In this document: in pieces, positions 50,812 through 61,384 of the stretch | Position numbering within the stretch: the first letter of the stretch is position 1 | How the letters are laid out: the number at the start of each line of letters is the position of its first letter | Translations under genes and position numbers: made by a program | Assembly (NCBI RefSeq): GCF_000711695.1 | Contig: NW_013547013.1 | Coordinates: 186,001 to 250,000 of the forward strand | DNA length: 64,000 bases | Reading direction: 5' to 3' | DNA from: Tilletiaria anomala UBC 951 | Lineage: Eukaryota | Notes under the pieces: model-generated | What the model was told of the DNA's origin: nothing | Database searches by the model: none | The model's input: the letters and a program-made list of their open reading frames with translations, nothing else

Positions 50812-52582
50812 ATGGCAGACGATTCACCCGCAGGCTTCGTGGTGCCGCCATATGAAATCTCGCAAGACAGCGACCATGTCTACCTCTCAGTGCGCGTTCC
50901 ATCTTCATCGGACAGTTCGATCGCCGCCGCCACAGTGCCAAGGGTCGTCAGCGAGGACAGAGCGTTTGGCTTCGTTATGGGTGACTATTACTTGCCGTGC
51001 GTGCGTGAGCTCCGCTTCCCTTCTGTTTGCTGTTGTTGGAGCTGCAACTAGGCACAAACAGAAGCAAAGACTCAAAGACTGACTCCAGACTGCATGGTGC
51101 GCACTCTCCCTGACAGACTCTTCCTACCTGCACCCGTGCAAAACGAACCCAAGCTTGAGCCACCGCTATCGGGGTCCTCCAGCTCTCTATGCTGGAGCGT
51201 GACACTACGCAAAGCAAACAAGGGAGAGCATTTTGAAGGACTTGAAGATTTGCAGCCTCAGATCTTACCCCCGGCCGCAGTCGAAGCTTTGGCCAGCGCC
51301 AGTGATGCCGCTGCAGCATCAGCAGCAGCAGGGAATATCGATGGTAACAGCGGCCACTCGAACTTAAAAACGAAAGATAGCGATGGCTTGCGCAGCTTGA
51401 CGTGTGACATGCTCAAGCGTGCGTTAAGCAAGGAAAACGAAAGCAGATTTTTGCAAGGGCAACCTGGTCTCATGCTGTCGACGGACGACGACAGGGCCGA
51501 TGATGGCATTACAACTTCCCATCGCGCTGAGGATGCTAATCCTTTGACGAGCACGTCCCATGTCACCGCAACAGGCCCGCGAATAGGATATGGTTTTCGT
51601 CGCGCTCATCACGAACCTCTCGATCCTCAAGCTGTGGAGTGCAGTCGCGCTTACGGGCTGAAACATGCGGATCCGTCGAGCGTGCCGCTGGAGCTGCGGG
51701 AGAAAGGGGCGTGGGACGACGAAGAGAACAAGTGGGACGAAGGGTGGTACTTGTAAGTTTCGACTTGCTGGCCTGTATGGAACCCCAGCATCCCCTGACC
51801 TCCCTCAACTGCACAGAGAAAACTATCTCGACATGGAAGGCGAGATCACGGCCATCGTGGACTACACTGTGCAGCTATCGAACCCTTCGGCACAAGCAAC
51901 CGACGCTGCGGCGAAGGACGGCAAAGCGACAGTGGCAGATGAAGATCTCGAAGCACTATGCCTGCTCTGGACCTTGCTCTTTGCATATGCTTACGACCAG
52001 CGGACTAACTTCGAAGATCCGACCATTGAATCAGGTTGGACGATCAGTGCACTCTCACGACCTCTCTGCTGGTTCGCATCGCCCGTCTCGCCGATGGCCC
52101 TGGCCGCTTCTGCAGATCCCACAATGCCTTCCGCCCCGCAGCGTGCACTCTTCGCTGCGGTAATCGCTAGTTTCCGGCGCAGTCTTTGCTTCCCGCTCTA
52201 TCGGCATTGGGCCTTGTCGCTCAGGGTCTATACTGACGTACACGAGCTGCTGAAAGCCGGTCCTGGTGCAGTGATTGAGGCACTACAGGCGACTCATGTG
52301 CGCCTCATGCAGGGTGCGACAGGTCAAAGAGACGACCCCATGCTCAATATATTTGCCCGCGTCTGGTTGGAGCCTCTGCTCGCGCTTTTGCAACAGGGTG
52401 ACACCGCGAAGGAAGTAGTAGGCCAGTTGCTGGCGCTGTTGCGTGCACTTGATACAAGCAATATGCATCCCCGTACCGAGCTCTTCAAAGATTACGTGGG
52501 TGGCGGCAAGTGGGACTTGACCGCACTTGACGAAGCTGCGAAGGAGGATGTCGCCAGCGGCCAGCAGGGAGGATACGTGTAG
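50812..52582 (+). CDS. SHQ1: H/ACA snoRNP assembly factor Shq1-like protein; multi-exon
   Basis: N-terminal CS-like domain (PPYEISQD...LRKANKGEHFEGLE), YGF, EENKWDEGWY, LLFAYAYDQRTNFEDPTIESGWTISALS, SFRRSLCFPLYRHWAL. Confidence 0.82.
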
Positions 52583-52736
52583 CATTCCGGTCTCATACAT
52601 GAAGTGAGAGTCTTACCTCGCTGCTTTTTTGAATAGACAAATACTACAGGCGCTGAAAACGGCAAAGGATAACATCTGCGGAGTGTGCGAAAAGCCGCTA
52701 CGATTCTCGAGGTGAAGATCGCAACTAGCCGGGCGT

Positions 52737-53608
52737 CTAAAGGTCGTCGAGATCCTCGTCATCCGAAGCATCCTCATCGCTGTCCTCGAATTCGACGTCG
52801 CTTCCTTCGTCTTGGTCGCCGTACGTCTCGGTTTCGTTGATCTTGGCGTTCTCAGGAAGTTGACCATACTTCTTCAGCTCACGCGCTTCGTCTGGCGAGT
52901 ACTTTTGAATAACGTCCGCCTTCTCGTCCTGGAATTCACGCAGCGACAAAAGAATGATGTCTCCCTGGTTGATCCAGACCTTCTTGCGAAGCTTGCCTCG
53001 AATGTGTGCCAACCGCTTTTCGCCGTCGAAGCATTGTGCTTCTAGACGTCCGTTACCAAGCATCTTCAGTACTTGCGCATACTCTGAAGATATATGAACA
53101 GATCAGAACGGAGGCTTTGCAATGCACCAGGGAACGCTGCACGTATGCTCACCTTGCCCATCTTCCTTGAAGACGAGTTCTCGCTTCTCGCTTTCGTTCT
53201 CGTTCTTACCACGTCGGCGGTTTTTGCCACCCTTTCCCTTGTTCTGAGCAGCACAAGTGCGGGGGAAAGTGAAAATGTCGGTAAGCTGAGACTGTTGACG
53301 ACTATAAAGTGTTCCCTTGGTCACGCGGGCATTTCGAAGCGAATATGCTAGTGACGAAATCATCCAGGCTCTACCGAATATGCCTGCCGTAGCTCATTGC
53401 TGCCCAATGCTTGGCCGTGGCGCCTGTTAACCAGACTGCCAAGGCAAAGCTGCTACGCTGAGTGGCTAATTGCACGACCATGTTGATCAAAATGCTTCGC
53501 AACCTTCCAACACAGCTGACCCTTCTAAGAGAGGCTAGAAGACGCTCGTACACGCCCATCTTGGAACTGATCCTGCGTACGAGTGTATCCAGCACTTACC
53601 TTCGGCAT
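52737..53608 (-). CDS. TIF11: Eukaryotic translation initiation factor 1A; exons approximately 53608-53600, 53243-53153, 53084-52737
   Basis: [71 protein letters not shown], followed by an acidic tail. Confidence 0.96.
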
Positions 53609-53991
53609 CTTTTCTAGCTTTGCCAAGTAGCTTGCTGGTGATGGTGGTGAGGAGGAAAGGAATTGTGATCGGCTTGAAGTTCTTCAAGTCGATAAGTGTG
53701 ATTTGCGAACCAGCTGGAAGGCTCGACTTTGTAGCTGGGTCTGAAATAATGGAACTAAACAAGCGAGACTGCAAGCTGCGTATAATGTGTCCGTTGTTGC
53801 GCCGCGGCGTTTGAATATATCGTGTGCGAAACGCGAATGTGGTCCATGACCTATCCGTGTTGCCAGCGTCGCAGCATCTCGAGGAAAATGCGCATCAAGA
53901 ATATCAGCACTACGGGCTGAGATACTTTTAAAGTTGGTGCTGCACGAAAATCGAGAGAGAGGGAGAAAGAAGGGGACCAAGTCAGGCAGTC

Positions 53992-55702
53992 ATGAGCCAG
54001 GTGAGGGGGATGCGAGCTGCAAAAATAAGAACCGATGATACTTCTAAGCGTGTCCATATGCTCATGACCGACCTTACGTGCTGTCGTTATCGCTTCCATG
54101 CTCCTCTGCTTAGTACTCGTCACGATCACCTGTCAGTTTTTCTGTCGTCAGAATTATACTGCACAAAAGCTGACCTGATACGTTTGTGTCCACGACCTGC
54201 ACACAGCCACCCCTTCGTCATCCGGTCCCCACCCATCCACCATTAAAAGTGCCAGACCCACCAATCACGCCGACACCCTCTAATGGGGCGCCCTTGTCCA
54301 CGTCTCCCACTGATCCACACACCTCCTCTGCTCGCCCTCGCGCGCATGGCAGCACGGATAATGCGCTAGGGGGCGACGGGTACGTGCGATACAGCTCACC
54401 GCCCATCAATCAGGCAAATCCTTACGGCGGCCCGGGCACTGCGGCAGCCAGCAGCTTTGGGGGGTCCATGCAGCAAGGCATGTTCTATCAAGGCGGGGAT
54501 GGGCGCGGCGCTGCGCCTTCAGGCAGCATGCAAGTTGGCGGTGGAGTATCTGGCGCAGGGCCGTACGGAGGCTGGGTTGGTGCAGGAGGTCCAATGGGTG
54601 GCATTATGAATGATGCAACCGCGCAAATGGGCATGCAATTTGGAGCACAAATTGCAGCAGCAGGTGGTGACTACGTGGAAAAGAATGTGCGAGCTAGCCG
54701 TCTTTCCTAATTGCCGTGTGTATACGCTGATATTTTCTGCTCCTATTAGATCAATCGGTTCTTCTCGCTTCCAGCCCTCAAGTATTCATTCAACGTGTCG
54801 AATTCGTATGTGCTCCACAAGCTTCGTCTCGTCCTGTTCCCTTGGCGGCATAAGCCATGGTCGCGCTCCCACCGCCACGGAAATGGATCTGCAAGCACAG
54901 CCAGCGCGTATGCCGGCATGGACGGACATGCACAATCTCCCGGACCGGCGGCGGGTAAGAACGGAGGCGAGGGCTATCTGCCCCCACGAGAGGACGTCAA
55001 TAGTCCTGATCTTTACATCCCTTGTGAGCCGCTAGCCTGAATGCGGAGCTGCAGAGTGCAATACTGAAGAACTGTAACTCTCCGTAGCCATGGCATTCGT
55101 CACGTACATTCTGGTCATTGCCACCATTCACGGGCTCGAATCGCGCTTCCACCCTGAGCAATTGGGCCTGACATCGTCACGAGCCCTCGCAATCATTCTC
55201 CTCGAAGTTTCATTTGTCAAGCTCGGCTGCTACCTGCTCAACATCCAAGGCGATCATACGGTTGTCGACCTGGTCGCATACGCCGGCTACAAATTCGTCG
55301 GCACACTTGTCACGCTTCTTGTGGGATTGCTCGGCTTCGAGGGAATGGTGTATTGGGGCGTCTTCCTATACACGTTTTCGGCCAACGCTTTCTTTATCGT
55401 ATGTAGTCCTCCATGGCTTTTTCCAACGGATCGTCGTATCGCTGACCCTTTCACTACCATGCGGCTTGCTTCATTACCGCTTTCCACAGTTGCGCTCTTT
55501 GCGATACGTCGTCCTTCCGGATCCATCGTCACCGTCTAGCGTGACTATCACCCATGCGCAACGTTCCAAGCGCATTCAGTTCCTCTTTGCGATCGCTGTT
55601 GCACAGCTTCCGCTCTGCTGGGCTCTCGTAGTAGGCATCTTCAATGGTAGTCACAAGGCCGTCGCTGCCAAAGCAGCTGCGAAAGTCGCTGGTGCTATCT
55701 AG
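53992..55702 (+). CDS. YIF1: Yif1/Hrf1 family ER-Golgi membrane protein; first exon ATGAGCCAG, intron 54001-54206
   Basis: PPLRHPVP, TAQMGMQFG, FNVSNSYVLHKLRLVLFPWRHKPW, PPREDVNSPDLYIP, MAFVTYIL, DLVAYAGYKFVG, LRSLRYVVLPD. Confidence 0.92.
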
Positions 55703-55850
55703 GCCAGCTGATGTGCCGCCGCGAGATACTTGCTGATATCCTCGAACCTGGGCTTGCATGCGCTCGGACGCATCAGGACATGCACACTGTTGCATTTTGT
55801 CATCTCCCATGAATAAATACAGAATGAGTTGCAAACCAACATGCATTGCT

Positions 55851-56973
55851 TCAACATTGGCTCAAAAGGCAGAAGCGGTGTGCAACGCCGTTCTTCATTT
55901 CACTTTGATACGCAGGACTTGGTTCGAGCAGTTTGAGTCATTTCTCAATTGTCGGCCCCGTGGTTGATACTCGTACCTGCTTTTGCTGGCAATGTCATTC
56001 GGCAGGGAAAGTCATCGCTTACAACGCGCGGGGCATGAGCGCCAGCACTACCTCTCGCTAGTCTTTGCCTTGACTAACTGATGCCAGCAACACTCATATT
56101 TTGGCCAACGAGATCATCCTCTAAGTTTCTCGACATTCGCTTTGAGCTGCTCCTCTATTGCGCCCAAGTCTTTTACCACATTTCCACTCACTGGTTCCCC
56201 CATGTGGCCATTCGCATCAGCATCGCATTTTAAGATGTTGCGTGCAAACAAGCGAGCATAGACGATGGCGAGAGAGTGCAACATGACATAATAGGCAAAT
56301 TGGTCCACGAGGGGATGTCCTGCCTGAGTTGCCCGCAGACCGCATCAGATCATATAAACGGAGAAGGAAGGAAGGTCGTGGGCTGACCGTAGCGACTTCT
56401 AAAGGAAATGGTGTTAACCAGACTCAGAAAAAGAACGGCGGATCAAGTCGCTTTGATGCTCCTTTCTAGATCACATATCTTCGCATACAAAGGCGTTCCG
56501 GGGCGGACGAAACAGAATCGCGGCGGCCAAGCTAGTGGATCAGCAGAAAACGAACAAGAGAGGCACTGAAGAATTTATGCACTCTCCTAGGCTGTCACGG
56601 GCTCCTTGTGTTGCTGACTGACGGGGCCATAGTCGAGAATGATACGCGGCTTTTGTTTCGCTTGACGCCTGTTTTGGTACTCATGTCAGTTAGCTAGGCT
56701 CCGAGCAGGCGGAGAGATATTGGTGCGATCAAGTAATGGGCGACAAGGCCAGGAGGAAGAGAGACCTAACTCAACGCAACAACGACACGAAAAGGAACAT
56801 GGTCAGCCCTGACCGTCATTGAAGACCCCTTCAGGACATGCCGACCGCGGCCGATGGCTGGCGGCTTTCTTGAGCCCGAGCTTCTCGAGTAGCCAGGTTA
56901 TGCGAAAGGCACGGCTCGTTCCGAGGTTGCAGAGTACCAGGCGAAGCGCTTTGGTTTGCGGATGCGAGGACAT
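55851..56973 (-). pseudogene. Degenerate glutathione S-transferase (GTT1-like) relic
   Basis: Collinear fragments: MSSHPQTKALRLVLCNLGTSRAFRITWLLEKLGL (GST N-terminus); KPRIILDYG...EPVTA*ESA*ILQ (ES motif); VVKDLGAIEEQL; LVGQNMSVAGI (N-capping region); PTIEK*LKLLEPSPAYQSEMKNG. Several stops and frame changes. Confidence 0.7.
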
Positions 56974-58803
56974 GGTTCGGTTCAGGTTTGCTAGGTGGTT
57001 TATTGCTGTTCGGAAGGTGCGTCCTGCGCTACGCAGGTGTAAAGTGGATGAGTTTGAGTGAGATCAAATATATGATAGAGAATTGAGGTACGACAAGGAG
57101 TTCTCACTGAGATGAGGGGATGCTGGCCGCCGCAAAATACACACATTCAATCAACCAAGAAACGTTTCAGCACGGCCGTGCTCATCCAGGGCCTTGGCCA
57201 TTGCAGCACATCTCAAGGAGGAGGATATACATATTGCAACGTCTCTCCTCAGAAAAGGAGAGCCTGAAACGATTGAGCTGCGAACGTCATTACAACGCAC
57301 ATTGCTCATTCACCACTTACTATGTCGGTCCACGCTGCTGAAGACTTGATGAGTTGCAACGAGGTCCGAGACTCTGAGGAGGGGTAAAGAACGCCACTTC
57401 GCTCGCCTTTCTCTATTGTTGATTCGACTATGAAAAGCTTCTGTAGCTCGCTGTTTGGCAGCAATCTGCATCCTTTCTATGCAGGGTGCTTGAAGCGAAA
57501 TGTCTCCATAAGAGTCTTTGCCGGAAGCGAAGATATTCACAGTGGCTGATGCGGTTGCACAATAGGCATGTATGAGTTATTGGTGCTCGTCAGAGCCTTT
57601 TCACACAATTTTTCGGGCCGCAGCAGCATGTCAATAAAAATTGTCGACTAGCTGCTCACGCACTCTTAAAGCTAAAGCGCTAAGAGACTTTTAACGTGCC
57701 CAAGTGGACCTTAAATTATCTAGGCTGCTCTGGCCTCTGGGGCATTGTCGGGGGGAGTCAGAGGAACCTTCCAACTTCTCCAACTTGGGCAGCAGCTCCG
57801 CCTCTACTACTCGAGAATCTGATTGTACAGGCCTGCAAGGCATTCGGAGAGTCGAGAAGGGGTGCGGGAATATGATGTTGAAGCAGCCCTTGTGAGCTAT
57901 TGTGCTCTCTACATACCCGACCTTTTCGCCGCAGCGTCATCGACCTCGACCAAAATTCGATTGCGACGGCAGGCGATCAAGGACCCCCTCCCCGGTGCAT
58001 TTGCCATGGCTTTCTTGCTATGGATTTGCCGTTCCGACTCGGCCGGGTGTTATGAGCTCGCCCACAGCGACCAGCGTAAACTACTGTACAGTGGTCAAGG
58101 TCCTCTCTAGTTGTTTATCAAAGGCTCAAAAGGAAAACGGACGAAGAGCTGGTGTGCTGTGTGCGGGACAGATGGCTTGTGCGCACCCCGGAAAAGTCGG
58201 ATTTTGCGCGAGAATTGAATTGCAGGCGTGCGGACGGGACCTCCTCAAACCACCAGAGCAATGCAGCATTAGCGCACACTCAAGTCATCTAAATCTACTT
58301 ACAGTGCTGGCGAGGCGGTGATGTGATCGAACAGGAGTAGACCAGAAACGACGAATGATGGTATTGCGGTCAGCGGTGAGGAGAAGACTTGCGCATTTCT
58401 GTTCAGTCGTATCACGCAAGAGCCAGGCTCCATGCGGCCATATTTGCCAGCCAAGCAAGGAGAGTCAGACGTGGTCTGTTTGTAGATAGTCAGCGCTCGG
58501 CTACTGTACATTGCTTGAGCGCTCGAGCGGGACACCAGTGGCAAACAGATGTATGTCGTCTATCGAACATCTTCCATGGGCGTGATCAACGTTCTCAGCA
58601 TATAAAGGCTGCATCTTCTCCGCTATCTCCATCCCTCTGCGCGTCTCTCTTTTTGGGTTGCATCCTACCCCTACCTACATACACTGCACACATCAACACG
58701 GATTGCAGCTTGTCCAGGGCCAGTGTAGCAGAGGTTTCCTCTGCTTCTTTCATTCACGACATCACGAATTCATCTGAGATCTCGAACAACGCGAGCACGA
58801 ACA

Positions 58804-61384
58804 ATGGCTGAGGTTCCGGAAGTGCCCACTTTCGACATCCCCGCTCGGCAGCGAGGCAAGGGCTCGGGTGCTAACATCAAGCCTCACATCGACCAGGCCA
58901 CCTATCAGAAGAACCACGCCGCGTCCCTCAACGACAGTGAAGCGTTCTGGGCAAAGGTGAGATGCTCGCTAAAGCTCTTCTGTCCTTTTCGATCGCGATG
59001 TGGGGCGCCGCGGGCTTGTGGCTCCCCGCCGAAGCCTTTGGAAGAAGGAGAGTTCGAGTGTGCCGAGGTGTTAGGGCTCGCATACGACACTTCCAACCTC
59101 AGGTCTGCCCTAGCCTTGGGCTTTGTTTCGGACTCGCCTCAATGTGATCCACTGGCCTGTATCAAGAAGCGGGAATCACGGATCGAGAGATGCGGTACTT
59201 CTGCTCTGCTTGTACGAGGCGACAGCGCTGGTTCGTCTCTCTCAAGGATGGATGTGGATCGTGAGGACATGACCCTGTAGTGAAGGTAGTCGGACTTGGA
59301 TGGGCACAGAGAGTGATGGAGGTCATTGACCCGCTTTCTAGAAGCTTATGCATCCGAAGATGAGGCGAATAGGAAGCACTTGCTGAAACGATGCGCTCTT
59401 TCCAGCTCGCAAATGAGACTATCTCTTGGGAGGTGCCTTTCCGCACTGTTCAGAATGGGAATTTCGAGTCCGGTGATGTTGCTTGGTTCCCAGAGGGACA
59501 GCTCAATGCGTCCTACAACTGCGTCGATCGCTGGGCGTTCAAGAACCCCAACAAGGTGAGAGGAGAGCATGAATGCGCGAAATGGCAGTATTCTGACCAT
59601 TTCACAGACCGCTATCATTTTTGAAGCTGATGAGCCTGGCAATTCCAAAGAAATCAGCTACAGCCAGCTCCTGAGAGAGGTCTCGCAGGCTGCTAATGTG
59701 CTCAAAAAGCTTGGGGTCAAGAAGGGTGATACTGTCATCGTCTACCTGCCCATGGTTCCAGAAGCTGCCATCACGCTCCTTGCCTGCGCTCGCATCGGTG
59801 CAGTTCACTCTGTCGTATTTGCTGGTTTCTCTGCCGACTCGCTCCGTGACCGCGCGAATGACTGCGGTGCGCGTGTAGTCATTACGACGGATGAGGGCCG
59901 TCGCGGCGGCAGGACGATCGCTACCAAGTCGATTGTCGATGCCGCCCTCAAGGAGTGCCCTGCCGTCGAGCACTGCCTTGTCGTCAAGCGCACCGGCAAC
60001 GAAGTCGGTTGGAACAAGAAGCGTGACCTGTGGTGGCACGAGGAGTGCGCCAAGGAGTGCGCTTACTCTGCACCGACGCCCGTCATGGCCGAGGACCCGC
60101 TGTTCATCCTCTACACTTCTGGCTCCACTGGCAAGCCCAAGGGTGTCGTGCACACCACTGGTGGCTACCTTCTCGGCGCAGCCTTGACTGTCAAGCATGT
60201 CTTTGACGTCCATGAAAACGATAAATACGCCTGCATGGCGGACATTGGTTGGATTACTGGTCACACTTATATCGTCTATGGCCCGTTGATGAACGGCGTC
60301 ACCACGCTCATATTTGAAAGCACGCCGGTATACCCGACGCCATCACGATACTGGGAGATGGTCGACCAGCACAAGGTGACGCAGTTCTACACTGCGCCGA
60401 CCTCAATTCGTCTGCTCAGGAGGCTGGGCGAGGAGCATGTCAAGAAGCACGATCTCTCTTCGCTGCGCGTCATCGGGTCCGTCGGAGAGCCTATCAACCC
60501 AGAAGCGTGGCACTGGTACAACGAAAACGTTGGCAGAAAGGAGTGCGCCATCGTCGATACCTGGTGGCAGACCGAGACGGGCTCGATCCTCATCACGCCG
60601 CTTCCTGGCGCGACCAAAGTCAAGCCCGGCAGTGCAACTTTCCCTTTCTGGGGCGTCGAACCTGTGCTCTTGGACCCGACAACCGGCCAGGTGCTCGAGG
60701 GCAACAATGTTGAAGGTGTCCTCGCCATCAAGCGTCCATGGCCTTCGATGGCGCGCACCATTTTCAACGATCATACACGATACCTCGAAACGTACATGGC
60801 CCCGTACAAGGGCTACTACTTTACCGGGGATGGCGCCGCTCGCGACAAGGATGGCTACATCTGGATCAAGGGTCGTGTAGACGACGTCATCAACGTCTCC
60901 GGCCATCGTCTCTCGACAGCCGAGATCGAGTCGGCTCTCATCGGCCACCCCGGTGTCGCGGAGACGGCTGTCGTCGGCATTGCGGAAGAGCTGACGGGTC
61001 AAGCGATCTGTGCTTATGTCACGCTCAAGCCTGACTTCAGCTACGACAACGAGGACGCGCTCATCAAGGAGCTCGTCATCCAGGTCAGGCGCAACATTGG
61101 TCCTTTCGCCGCGCCAAAGAAGATTGTTATCACGCAGGACTTGCCCAAGACTCGCAGGTGCGTAGTGCAGGTGCTTGGAAGGTGCGGCGTACTTGATCCC
61201 GGCTGATATGCTCTCTTCGCTGTTTGTTCGGTACTGCAGCGGGAAGATCATGAGACGTATTCTGCGGAAGATCGCAAGCGGCGAGGGAGGCCAGCTTGGC
61301 GATGTTTCCTCCCTCGGCGACCCATCTGTGGTGGAGAAGCTGATCGTTCAGTATGAGAGCTCCAAGGCTAGCTCCGGCAAGTGA
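58804..61384 (+). CDS. ACS: Acetyl-CoA synthetase (AMP-forming); introns approximately 58957-59405, 59556-59607, 61158-61239
   Basis: [36 protein letters not shown]-binding [59 protein letters not shown]. Confidence 0.97.

Noticed and set aside
59602..61251. Long antisense ORFs over ACS (and similar ones over UTP6, the paladin-like gene and MCR1)
   Set aside because: These are expected shadow ORFs of GC-rich, codon-biased genes and carry no recognisable motifs.
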